Origin: Rhizodiscina lignyota | Taxonomy: Eukaryota | Assembly: GCA_010015805.1 (NCBI GenBank) | Contig: ML978122.1 | Coordinates: 1,708,453 to 1,772,452, forward strand | DNA: 64,000 bases | Direction: 5' to 3' | In this document: piece after piece, positions 1-11,478 of the stretch | Layout: every line of letters begins with the position of its first letter | How positions within the stretch are numbered: position 1 is the first letter of the stretch | Made by a program: the position numbers and the translations under genes | Notes under the pieces: generated by a model | Databases searched by the model: none | What the model saw: only the letters and a program-made list of their open reading frames with translations | Told to the model about the DNA's origin: nothing

Positions 1-66
1 AATAAACACGCTTATTGATTAAAATTTAGTATATCTGTGCCTAATTCAAGCACCTAGGCCGGGCGA

Positions 67-993
67 TCATGCCCGTCGCCGCGTAGAAGGACTCTTCTGC
101 TTTGGCGCAGCTCCGGTGCTAGAACCCATCGCAATTGGCTGCTTCCTGCTCGATCCCGATTTGACCTTCGTGGACGAGGTAGACTTGCTCGCCGGGCTGT
201 TCCAATAGTACAGCATTTGCGCCGCGAGCACTGCATTCAACGCGAATCCTGCGATGAATCCGTACAGAATCAGTGGATCGTCCACCTCTTGTAGCGTTGT
301 GAAGATTCGTGATAGTGAGCCTGCGAGATAATTGAAGACCTAATTCTGTCAGTCTAATCGCCTATTCCCAGTTGCTGTAGGAGTTCCACATACCGCGAAG
401 GCACTGAGCTGTCCAGTTCCTCCCTGGCTCCAATTCGCATAGATCTGTGGCGCCTTGCTCGCGACACCCAGCACGCCTGCACCAGCTTGGAGCAAGCTCA
501 GCATCTTTGCATCCACTAGCTGCTCATTAAAGAGCGCGTATACAGCTGCTCCTAGCCCTGCAATAAACACAGCAGCGCCTGCTCCTTTGCCACTAAACTG
601 CAGCACCAGTGTCGCAATAGCAACATTTTGCACCGCGATCAGCGCTGTCTCGCCATATGTACTAAAAGGAAATCCTTGTCGGACATTATACGCAAGTGTG
701 ATGATGAAGGCGGAGGTTTCGAGGAGGTAGGATAGGAAGGAGATTCCCTCGCTGCTGCGGCTGTTGAGCAACTTCAAGAGCTGTGGAATCTTGACGATGG
801 AGCTGGCGCAGATGATGCCGATGCCCAGGCCCTTAGAGATTCCTAGCTTGACGCACTCCGGCGAGGAGGTAAAGTCGACATTGAGAATCAAGGTCTTGTA
901 GCACTCTGAGCCGATGAGCGAGATTCCAATGTCGCGAATGGGCGCAGGGAGATTATGCGTGATGGGCTGTAACGCATTTCGAAGAGAGTCCAT
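67..993 (-). CDS. MPDU1: PQ-loop mannose-P-dolichol utilization defect 1 (MPDU1/Lec35)-like protein; 2 exons (993-394, 339-67)
   Basis: Two PQ-loop motifs (VKIPQLLKL, SKAPQIYAN). The GTATGT...CTGAC...TTAG intron at 393-340 joins GQLSAFA to VFNYLAGSLSRIFTTLQEVDD, the conserved MPDU1 C-terminal half. Confidence 0.9.
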
Positions 994-1485
994 GATGGTG
1001 AGAATAACTCAAAAGTTTTGTGTACGAAGTTACTAGCAAATCGGGCTCGCGAAAGTCGATCTGTAAACAACTTGAGGATGACGCCGATTGAAGCTTGGCG
1101 GTCTTGGCAGCAACGTGACCGCGTGTCCGATCCGCGATTGAGGCTGATTGGTGTGTTGCGAGAACCTTGGAATTTGGCACGGATCCCTCATGTCGGGTCC
1201 AGTGAGGTGACGGCCGACGAGAATGACGTCGTCAAACGGCGCACAAAAGCATAAACTGCAGCTCTTGACAAGGATCGGTATCGTCTCCCAAGGGATGATC
1301 GGTGATGTTATTGTAGAATCGACGCGTCCCCAGATCGTCCGTCGTCTGTGCCCGGCGACTCCGCAAGGACAATGACGTATCGTAACCCAGAATCACTCTC
1401 CTGGACTTTGACATATATATTCTGGGCCTCCAAGCTCTGGAGCTGAGTTCCAATTCCAAACTCACTTGAACCTTCTGAAATTCCA

Positions 1486-2725
1486 ATGGCTCATCATTAT
1501 AGCTTGCGCAAGAGGCCCTTGGCACCCAGCGATGCCAATTGCCCAAGTCCAAAAGCCATCAAGACGACAGCCGACGGCCAAGAGAATGAGACTGCCAATG
1601 CCTGGTATGACACGCTGAACGTGAAGCATCTCACTCAGCTTTGCGAAGACCGCGGCATAAAGCGCTTGGGCAGTAGCACCAACAACTAGTTCTCATTGAG
1701 TATGTTCCAAGACCATATCTGTTTGGGGCATGAGTATTAACAACGATGCAGTCGCCTTAAAGATGCCGACCGCAAAGGCAACATCGTTGTGGAAGATCTC
1801 AACGCAGAAGAGATTAACCAACGTGCCCGAGAAATAAAACCAAAGTTAGAAGAGAGGAAAGGACAGAGGTTGATATACCTGAATGACAGAGAGGAAGAGG
1901 TACTGGACCGGCTGAACCAAGAAACTGGTGCCACTCAAGGTCGCCAGGCGCAGCTTAACGATATGCGCGTTCCCCGTATTGTGTGGGCGGAGGACCATCT
2001 CCGGGATGCTGTCGAACATGGCAACTTCCCGATCGTCTACACCAGCGCAGATGACATGACGGAGATGTGCAAATTGCGGGGTGTTTCAGCGAAAGGCACA
2101 AAGGACCAATTGAAAGGGTAAGGCCAACCGTTTTGTTTTACCTTTCCATTGTTTTGAAAGTGATCGTTGACAGACTACAGGAGGTTGATGCTTCTCGACG
2201 AAGAAATGATGAAGAAAAACAAGCCATACATCGATAGACAAAAGGCAGACGCCCTTCGTCATTCCCCAGCAGGCCGTCGAGCTTTGGAGATCATGACTGG
2301 TCTTGAACGCAAGGAGTATGGCGGAAAGGACCCTGTTCCACGAGACGAGTCAAAGGGTTGTGAGGAAAGATCATTGAATGTAGCGGAGGAAGAGGTCTCT
2401 ATCATAGCGCAACAGTTGTTGGATGAAGACAAAGTCCCTGAAGCTGGCGTGATTGGAGCGAGATTGATGTGGTCAAAGATACCAACCTGGCTACAAGCTG
2501 GAATGACATCAGGCTATACCAGCTTACACGCCGAGGAGTTGAAGGAGATTTTGTCATTGCGGGGTCAAGATACGCGTGGGCTGAAACCTGAACTCATCGG
2601 GTAAGTGCATTCTGGAAATGAGACCCATTGCTTGATACTGATGATACAATAGGAAGTTGGAGGCGTTGGACATTGCTTACTGCCACGACCATAATCTGGA
2701 GATCAAAGGTCACTTTTCCGAGTAA
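1486..2725 (+). pseudogene. Protein with three SAP-like motifs, 4 exons; apparent frameshift at about 1680-1690 (pseudogene or assembly error)
   Basis: Motifs YDTLNVKHLTQLCEDRGI, DDMTEMCKLRGVSAKGTKDQLKGRL and YTSLHAEELKEILSLRGQDTRGLKPELIGKL. Introns at 1700-1751, 2118-2180 and 2601-2652; stop TAA at 2723-2725. Exon 1 hits TAG at 1687-1689, before the donor. Confidence 0.6.
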
Positions 2726-2808
2726 CGCGAAGGTCATTGGATTCACCATTAGTGAATCTCGAATCGCGTTTCGGAGTTCAAATCCTTTGTTTTCGTCTTG
2801 CGTATCAT

Positions 2809-4800
2809 TTAAGTATCTTCGCTGCTGCTAGAATCAGAGCTTATGTGGCTTTCCAAAGTATCTTTCTTCCGTCTCTTTCCCTTCCAGCCACGGCGCGGAG
2901 GGATTAGTTGAAGGAAACCATCAAGATGTACACTCCCCACAAGAATATCCTGAGGATCTGTGGCTTCCACAGTGACATCCTTATGTATGTTACGAACGTG
3001 CTTTTCCATTTTCGTGATGCTCGAAAATTCCTTTCTGTGCCGAGGACATTCTTCCACAGGACAGCAAAGCCGTAGGTCAACGCTGTTAGTTGCGGCCTGA
3101 AGGCTACTTATTCGGTGCACAGCATCGCTCAGAGGATTTGGAGTTTCGCTGCCACCCCCGGCTCTGATTCCATGATTGGTTTCCTCATTGGTGTCTCCTG
3201 TGACGTTGAATATCATTGTCTCTCCGAAGAGCTCGTTGCACCGCTTTGCAGCTCGGTCAATGACCTTGGGATCCCATCCCAGTATGGCAGCAATCCCCAA
3301 GATTTCACTCCAGTCGCGGGGATTTCGCTGAATCACTCTTTTGTTCTCATCTGGTTCGCTAATTGTCTCTGGTACTTCATGCTCACCAAGCTCTCTTTTG
3401 TTGCTGTTGTGTTGCCTTTGTGGCTGGGATGACGACCGCATCTTAGTTTCGCGAGAGTTATGCATCGGCAATCGCTCACTGTGCTGTTGGCGATATCCTA
3501 AAGCCCTTCGACGAGCACCTTCATCCTCCATAGAACCATTTGTGCTATCATTCTCATCATCGTCAATTGAACGTGGCAGTTCTTCACCATCCTCAGAAGA
3601 CTCCGTTTCGTCTCTGACTTGCCGTATCTCTTCGCGAAGCCGCTTGTGCATCGCATAGTATGATTCACCTTCTCTTTTCTCATACTTGGTAGATCCCTGA
3701 GGCCTCCCTACTGGTCTTCCTGTCCGCCTGTGCTTAGCAGTATAATACCCCTGGCTGCTATTGTCATAGTGAGAGTGAACACCTTTTTGCGTCGACCTCT
3801 TCCTGCTCGTTGATTGTGTCCTCGACTGGCGCTGGCCTCTGGGTTGTGCCTCGTGGTCGTCTGCGTCATAGTTGTCGTTAAAGTGACCTTCACGGGAGTG
3901 GTGCAGCTTCATCAATAACTGGTCGAATTTCGAGAGAATCGAGCAGATGGTTGGTTGTATGATTGCCTTAGCTTTGTCGTCGTCCGCCAAAACTGCCGTT
4001 CGCATTGCATCAAAGCCTTGTGCTGCAGCATGAAATTGCCGCTCTTCTGTTTCCGAGTTTGACACATCTTCACCCTCTCGCCCCTCAACTTCCACTCCCT
4101 GTACTTTGTCCTTGTCTTTGGATGCTAGCCCATTCACAGAGCCGCCTTTCTCCACCCACATCTCCTTCGCCCTTCTCATCATCACCCCACCAAGTAACTC
4201 CTCAAGCTCCGCACTAGGTTTCAATCCTACCCTCATTTTCATCGTCCCTTCGTCGTCGTCATCGGGGACGCCGAATTTCTCTCCCGGTCTGGGTACGATC
4301 TCCGGTCTGAGCGGCCAAGCCGTCCATCCTGCATGAGGAGTCCATTTTGCGTGCTTCTCCTTTGGGTACCAATTTTCTCTTGAGGCGACAGAGAGCCGTT
4401 GAACAGATTCATCCGCGAAGGAGCTCGTCAACTTCCGCCTTTTGAGAGCATGCGCATTGTATAAATGAACACTCAAATCATCGGCACGCAACTGTTCGAG
4501 ACTTGCCCATATGCCTCGCTCTTCCGCTGTGTACTTTTGCCATTTCTGTGCCTTCCCGTGGAATCTGTTTGGCCGGGTATCATCTTCTGAGTCTGGCAGA
4601 ATTTGGGAGTCAGTGTCTAATGAGTCATTATTATTGATCGGGGAGATGGCATTTTCGTGCTGAGGGTCGAGGAGACCATCGAAAGTGTCGCTATGAGCAT
4701 TTGTATCGTTTTCACCGTTGGGAGATCCACTCGTCGACGTGACTGCCAATGGACTTGATGAGGATGATTCTTCCGACGGTCCTCCAAAGACAGATGCCAT
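2809..4800 (-). CDS. RRN9: Rrn9-domain protein (RNA polymerase I upstream activation factor-like) with a C-terminal C2H2-type zinc finger
   Basis: 663-aa ORF. RPNRFHG...W...TAEER...SLEQLRADDLSVHLYNAHALKRR and WTAWPL match the fungal Rrn9 domain; CPVEEC...H...H finger near the C-terminus. Confidence 0.75.
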   Translation of the reverse strand: MASVFGGPSEESSSSSPLAVTSTSGSPNGENDTNAHSDTFDGLLDPQHENAISPINNNDSLDTDSQILPDSEDDTRPNRFHGKAQKWQKYTAEERGIWASLEQLRADDLSVHLYNAHALKRRKLTSSFADESVQRLSVASRENWYPKEKHAKWTPHAGWTAWPLRPEIVPRPGEKFGVPDDDDEGTMKMRVGLKPSAELEELLGGVMMRRAKEMWVEKGGSVNGLASKDKDKVQGVEVEGREGEDVSNSETEERQFHAAAQGFDAMRTAVLADDDKAKAIIQPTICSILSKFDQLLMKLHHSREGHFNDNYDADDHEAQPRGQRQSRTQSTSRKRSTQKGVHSHYDNSSQGYYTAKHRRTGRPVGRPQGSTKYEKREGESYYAMHKRLREEIRQVRDETESSEDGEELPRSIDDDENDSTNGSMEDEGARRRALGYRQQHSERLPMHNSRETKMRSSSQPQRQHNSNKRELGEHEVPETISEPDENKRVIQRNPRDWSEILGIAAILGWDPKVIDRAAKRCNELFGETMIFNVTGDTNEETNHGIRAGGGSETPNPLSDAVHRISSLQAATNSVDLRLCCPVEECPRHRKEFSSITKMEKHVRNIHKDVTVEATDPQDILVGSVHLDGFLQLIPPRRGWKGKRRKKDTLESHISSDSSSSEDT

Positions 4801-5628
4801 GATCCAGGTTCGCGCAAAAGTCAGGGCTGAATGGCTCCATTAAAGTTCCAAAGTGCACACGAACATATGGTGTTATGGAAGAGGAAAGTTGTGTTCAGAG
4901 CAGGGCAGGTTGCTTTTCTGCGAAACACCAAACAAAACTTGGAATTGTTCTCGTTGGCAAGTCCTCAAAGTATTATGAATGTTGAGGCCGATCTACGCAA
5001 CAACACTATCCATCTATTGCGTAATTCATTTATCAATCCAGCTATGCTCAGGGAGACAAAAAGAGATCTTGGTGCCACAGAATGGCAAAAAGCAAAAATA
5101 ATCGGGCCTGGCCGGGACTTGAATGACATGTTAGTTGATGAAGTTTTGATGAGGGATTGTGGGACTGGCTTACTTTGAACCCGGGGCCTGTCACATTCTC
5201 GGACGACTTAGCGTCCAGGCTTTGAGTCCCGAAGCGACAATCATACCACTAGACCACCAGGCCGAAAATTCGTGTTTTGAAAACGCTCTAAAACCTATAA
5301 TCTCTACCAAAATTAAATTAAATTGCCAAGTCGCCAGGGTATCTTGATTTGACCAATGTCGAAAAGGAACGGAAACTCTTACTCACATGAACCGTGGACC
5401 ACCAGGCCGCTCGTCTCGTCTTACTCTTCTCTTGCTCTTTCTGGCAAGAGGTAAGATGCAAACCTCTTCAGCCTGATGTGTCATCTGTATGCTTAGCCAG
5501 AGTTCACTGAAAGTGGCTTCTCAATTGAGTCTCCACTTTCGATGATTCCCCTTTATTTATGAAAATACTTAATCTACGGTAAACTCAAAGGAAAAGCTCA
5601 AGTCGCAGTCTCCATTTCTCACAGCAAA

Positions 5629-6570
5629 ATGCTGACCACCGCGTTTCAATGCATTGGCGCGGCTTACTTGATCTATGCGGCTTACAGAATTCTCGATTTC
5701 AATTCCATCTGGCTTCTGCCCAAAAAGTCTCTCTCACGATACCAGCGACGACCCGAAAGAGCCTGGGCATTGATCACAGGCGCATCTGCAGGTATTGGTC
5801 GAGGCTGCGCCGAAGAACTAGCAGCTCGTGGGTTCAGCGTTATTTTACTAGGACACAAACCGGACGAACTCGCATTAGTCCAGAGAGAAATCAACAGGAA
5901 TTCGCCAACGGTGGATGTGAAAGTTCTTGTCCTGGATGTGATCAAAGCCACAAATGCGGAGATCGAGCAAACGTTCAAGACCATCAGCGCTCTACCCATC
6001 ACCATTCTCGTCAATAATGTTGGAGGCGTCCCAATTGCCCAACCAGCGATCAGAGGCTTTGCTGACCAGACCGCCGACGAGATTGATCGCACTATCAATT
6101 TGAACGCTCGATTTATGGCCCAGCTCACTCGACTCATGCTCCCAGTACTTGCGCAAAACGGTCCGTCTTTGATGATGAATCTCAGCTCCATCGGGCATCT
6201 TGGTATGCTAGGCGTCGTGCCATACAGTGGCACTAAAGCATATGTCGCCGCGATAAGCAGAGGAATCGCTCGAGAGACAAAAGCCAGTGGCCGACCCGTC
6301 GACATTGTCGCAGTCTTACCGGTTGAAGTTGCGACGGAGTCTAACAACGTGGCGTTGCAACCGGGGACGCCTACCAGCCGGCAATTTGCGAAGGCGATGA
6401 TGGATTACGTTCCCAGGGCTGCGTCGAAGGGGATATTGCAGTTGTGCCCGTATTGGCAGCATGCAGTCCAGATGGCGATAATGGAGATGCTGCCGGAATG
6501 GTTGTTCACTAAGATTGTGCTAGTAAGCTTCAAGCAGAAAATGGCGTTGATTAATGGAAAGCAAAAGTAG
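5629..6570 (+). CDS. Short-chain dehydrogenase/reductase, 17beta-HSD / very-long-chain 3-ketoacyl-CoA reductase-like
   Basis: N-terminal hydrophobic anchor, WALITGASAGIG Rossmann motif, ILVNNVG, catalytic YSGTK; single exon. Confidence 0.9.
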   Translation: MLTTAFQCIGAAYLIYAAYRILDFNSIWLLPKKSLSRYQRRPERAWALITGASAGIGRGCAEELAARGFSVILLGHKPDELALVQREINRNSPTVDVKVLVLDVIKATNAEIEQTFKTISALPITILVNNVGGVPIAQPAIRGFADQTADEIDRTINLNARFMAQLTRLMLPVLAQNGPSLMMNLSSIGHLGMLGVVPYSGTKAYVAAISRGIARETKASGRPVDIVAVLPVEVATESNNVALQPGTPTSRQFAKAMMDYVPRAASKGILQLCPYWQHAVQMAIMEMLPEWLFTKIVLVSFKQKMALINGKQK

Positions 6571-7149
6571 AGTGTATTCAAAGAGGCTAACTGGCATCCC
6601 TTGTGAGGCTTTGACGGTTCCAAGTAATACATGGTACAAGAAACTGCCTCCTTGGCCCAAACAGTAGCTTCCATTTTACGTGCGAATGCGTAAACCCACA
6701 ACTCAAAGATGACAAGAATGAAGAACTTGCGGGAAGATACTTCGCTTTCGAAGACGGGCTTCAGATCGGCGGATTTGGCGGGATTGAACTCCTCCGGAAC
6801 GACCGGTTCAATATTGACGGAAGCCTTCTCTGGCATCGTGCACATAGCGGTGATGTTGGGGAACAAGCCGACGACGTTATATTCACAATACCCTTGGTAA
6901 AGCTCAAGCGGGAGCAAAGTACATCATGGGAGATTATGATAGCAGCTTCTTCGTTCCCCTACGAGGATCGGGGATCGATGGAACTCGATCCACTGATGCG
7001 AGCAGGAGAATTGGGAAATATCGGAAGACATTAAATGAAATTCTATCGGGTATCTGTAACATGTATGCAAACGCCTTGACATAGTCCCTAGCGTGTGCAA
7101 AGAAGTGGCAAAAAGTGTCCCTCGCGCTCCTGAACCTGACCCCGGTTTT

Positions 7150-9594
7150 CTATGATTTTAGCGGCGGTGGAGCAGTGAATCCGTTCAGACCGTACTGTTC
7201 GAAATTCGATGTCGGCTCCAAGCTGAAATCGGACAAGAAGAAATTATCGTCGAACGCCCATCCCAGATCCGAGAAGAACGTGTCTTCTAAGAGTGGCATT
7301 GGTTGTTGCTGCAGAGATTGCTGGGGTGTAGGCTGCTGGACACTCTCAATTGACTGGCCAGTTCCTTCCGATGTAGAATTCGTCGCTGGAGCTTCCAGTG
7401 GAGGTTCTGTGAAGTTAGCAACATCGAAGCAGATATTGTCGTATCTGGTGACATACCTGATTTGACTTCCGCTGGCGGATATGCGCCGGACTGTCCACCA
7501 AATTCTATTGCATTGTTAGCCATGATCATGGTAAAATTGCCTCTGGGATGATGCTTACCAGTTCGCCACCACCAAACTGCGTCAAATACAGGTGACATTG
7601 CCAATCTGCTCCGGATCCGTAGTGTAGAGAACTCGGAGCCATCAGCATCTTTGAAAGCCTTTTCGCTATTCCAGAGGAGAGTGAGAAGCTGTAGATTACG
7701 GGAAGGGAGGTCGTCGTTGTCCACGATTAAACGTTTTGAGATGTTGAGAGAGAGGAAGAAGGAAGATTTCGCTCGCTCGACTTCAAGGAAGCGGCTTGCA
7801 GAGGTTTTGAGGAGCCTCAAAAGAGTGTACGAGGCGATGATCGTTCCCGCAATAACCTGATACGGCGCATAACCAAGGACTTGCGAATCTTTGTCCATAC
7901 GATCGACATGCTCGAGCAGCATGTTGGATCGCAGGAAGAGTTGAGTGACAGCCTCGGCATCCGATGTCCAGTTACTCTTGTAAAAGTAGAACACGAGCAA
8001 ATTCATGTATGAGACGTGCATAAAAAGTTGGTCCATTGCTGCAAGGCATCAGCATAAGCACAGCATTCCAGAGAAGCTACGAGAGCTCACCGTTGACGGC
8101 CAAGTATTCGAGGTCTTTGATCTGGGCAATAAAGACGCCGAGAAGAACGCTCATAGCGCGCTCCTGATCGTTTGACATGATCTGAAGCCCATTCTCGAGG
8201 AGTGCCTTGCAGGCTCGGCAGACAATATTTTGGAAATCCAACTGCAACTTGAGCGAGGGTGAGAGGCTTTGAATAAGACGTCTGCGCTGTTCAATATCTT
8301 GAACGGTATCGACGAGGATGAATGGAGTTTGCCTGTGAATGTTAGGAAAGCAAAACAGACGGCAAGGCTTTACATACCCCATCAAGCTGCTCAACCTATT
8401 TTCAACAGAGGTCAGTCAGCCCGCACACTCCAAGAGACGGGCGACGAACTCACCTTTGGTAAACTATTACACACCAAGCCCAGAGCTCTGCACGGCGAAT
8501 GATTTCGGCCTCCGTAAGCTTTATCCTCACTCTAGCAAAGTCCTGAGTTGCAGTAGGGTGGTGTAGTCCCAACTGCATAGCGAGATGTGGAAGAGCCCCA
8601 GCTATAGCGAAGGTAACGTCTGAGGTGATACCGTTCTTTGGAAAGGGCCATGCGACGACAAGGAGTAAACCTTTAATGGTGCTTAATGACATGTCGCGTT
8701 GCTTCATCGACATCAACGCCATATCGATGATGCTCGAGCTAAGAGCTTTCATGACAGAAGGGTCTGCGGGATAGCGTCGAACGCCGATACCTATAATTGC
8801 CCAGAAGAGGAAAGGGGAGTGAGTGAAGATGAAGTTTGGTCGGCCACTGTGGTTGAAGATCGGAAGCCATGGATGATATCTCCTGTAGTAGCTAGACGTC
8901 TCTTTTAGTAATTACAAATACCGCAATTTTAGGGAGAGCCTCACAGGTCAAATATGCCGTCTATCGTTCGCCCATCAAGCTCGACGCTCTCAAGGCGCCG
9001 CGGTAACGTAGGCTCCTGGGTGTCCCCTATAGTTGTAAAAGTACTATCTGCTGATATAGGATGAGCTGGTCCTGCGAGAGCTGGATCGATTGGTGCAGAT
9101 GAGAGCAATGGCGGCCCGGAAGACCTGCCAGTGCTTGCTGCTCGCGCTACCTCAGGAGAAGGCAGAGTCAGTGGCCGACTCATAGCATCTAACTGTGCGG
9201 CGGCAAGCAGCATTGACGTCGGGGAGCTACTATCTGCGACTTCATGAGTCTGTAGCTGTCTTCTCAAGGCAGATGTCTCCCGTTCCAGTTCGGATAGACG
9301 GCTGAATGTAACGTTAGCTTCCGCCGGGGAAGGATGGCGTCAACAGCACTTACCGTCGTTTGTGTTCTCGCTTGAAAGGATCGGAAATGACGCATTGAAG
9401 ATTCATTTTCCTGCATCTTGAACACGGTACATCGGATCCCACCACGACATCGCAACGGACCTATCGCGTTGAGTAAGTCAGGTGACGTCGATCAAAGTAA
9501 TACGGCGAACATCTGCAGGTACAACAAGTCGAACCTTTTGCTGACGGCATTGCGTACAAGCCTTGCGGCCTCTCTTTGGAGCAGAGCTGGTCAT
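7150..9594 (-). CDS. Zn(II)2Cys6 transcription factor, Leu3/Sef1-like, multi-exon (start may be 9594 or 9660)
   Basis: Spliced RKACTQCRQQK|VRCD...CSRCRKMNLQC binuclear cluster. Middle homology region (YHPWLPIF, LFWAIIGIG, AMQLGLH). RIRSRLAMSPVFDAVWWWR resembles Leu3-type proteins. Acidic C-terminus ends at TAG 7152-7150. Confidence 0.85.
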
Positions 9595-10852
9595 TAGTCA
9601 GTATATTGTTGTTTGAAAGAATGAGCGTCAGGAAACTTGCTGGGATGGACTTTGATCCATTCCTCAACTCTGGCCCCCAGCTCTCGCCCCGGACTAGGGG
9701 GGTATCATGCGGCAATACGCCCTCAGCAAACTTGAGAGAAAGGCAGTCTGATATCTCGGATGTGATTCGCGCCAGCTCAACGTCGTACTTGCGTTACCGA
9801 GAGGAATTGAAGTGTTGAGTCTGAAGGACCAGCGGCGCGCGACTTGAAAGTTCTCTTTCGGCTGGCGCGGCTTTGGCGAGTGCTGATTGGCTATCGTATT
9901 TTCGTACGTTTCCGCGAGGTTGGTCCGGAAACATACATATTCCGTTTCCGACATTCCGGCTTACCTAAGTCACGGTTTCTTCAATGTCCCAATGCGGACG
10001 GTGTGCGAACTTCACACCAGGCACGTTCACTCTACAAACCTCATCGCGTCTTCAACAATCACGGCTGCTCGACCGAGCCACCTCTGCTCAGCTGAGCCGC
10101 GTAGGATGCGGCCTCCTCAGCCTCCCTTTCAGCCTTGGGTCGACCTCACCGAGGGTCCACTGCCGGTAGCAGGTATGTAGCCTCGTTGCCTCACCGGCGT
10201 ATTCGAAAGAGACGCGAACCAATAGATCCTTTCTTGGTCTTCCCTAAGCGTGTTTTCCTTCTTTGTTCCTGCATTAGGCTCCTGTCACTTTACTCTAACT
10301 TCGGTCTATGAAAGAGTTGGATTTCGACTTCTCCAAGTTCTCATATCTTTCGCTCCTGCTTTCTGACCGGCATGAACGCCCACATCAAGTGCGGCCTCAC
10401 TGAAACTGACATAAACCCCTCAACACTATCACTTTGTGAGCCAAAATCTGCCTTAGGAGTCTAGGACGTGCCATGTAGACTGAGCCACACCCTTCAGGCC
10501 AGTTAAGGCCACGATCTGTGGCAAATTCTCCACTCGCTGTGGCTCTCAGTCCTGCTCTGCCACGCTTAGACACGACAAAATCCCTCACTGAATCGGCCTT
10601 GTATGGATGAAAATGGGTAGGAGCCTCAATTATTTTGTTTATCTTTTAGTATAATTCCCAGCCACGCTCTAGCACCGTCCGCGTGCCCCTTCGCCCTAGC
10701 AGCTAATATCTGACTTTAACTCTCTCTGTCTACTGCGTCTCACCGAACACCCATTGCCTGCTCCCACCGAAGTCACATTCTCACTTCGCCTTGGTCATTC
10801 CGGTTTCCGTCTCAGCTACAAATAAGCAACCTGTGTCACTGTTTCTGCCACC

Positions 10853-11162
10853 ATGGCCGCTTCCGAGACCTCGAGCACCTGCTTGAAACCCGATCCCAAA
10901 CCGAAACCTCTTATCACACACAGCAACAGCCACAATCAGGAATCCAGTAAGCCCACCTGTAGCCTGTGATGGTGCTAGCGTGGACTCACATTTCTTAGCA
11001 TACTCGTCGCCTGCTGCAAGCAATTACGCATCATCGATGGCGTCCAGTCGCTCCGGAACGTCCATAAAGGCCTCAAAGCCTGTAGTCACTGTCAGCTCTG
11101 GCGGCACGACTCAGGGCGACCCATACAGCGGCGATGCTGACGATCCGACACGGTATAAATGA
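10853..11162 (+). CDS. Small hypothetical protein (85 aa), 2 exons (10853-10946, 10999-11162)
   Basis: Kozak-like CCACCATGG. The GTAAGC...CTCAC...TTAG 52-nt intron joins both exons in frame. Preceded by a CT-rich 5'UTR-like tract. Confidence 0.65.
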
Positions 11163-11478
11163 GGGCCCAGATCGCTTTGAAGGCATCTGGCCGTTACGGC
11201 GGTGGCTTGCGGTAGCTCTTTGCACATTAGCGTCTTCATGGAAGGAGCGATGGCATTGTCAATTTGTCAGCGACGCATGTAGGGGTAGTTGCATTGTTCC
11301 GAGCATTAGTAGGGTGTTTTGATTGGTATCATTGTCTGTTCTCCACGCAGTTGTCTTGTCGAGTAGTATTTATTGTCAATTCACAGTTCAATATCATAAT
11401 CTTCTGCATACATGGGTGCACATAACTTATCATACAACTACATCGTGTCGCTTCCAGTAAACATTGAACAACTCCTTC

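Noticed and set aside
6405..6917. 170-aa minus-strand ORF overlapping the SDR 3' end
   Set aside because: Non-ATG start, no recognisable motif, and partly antisense to a real gene; at most a relic.
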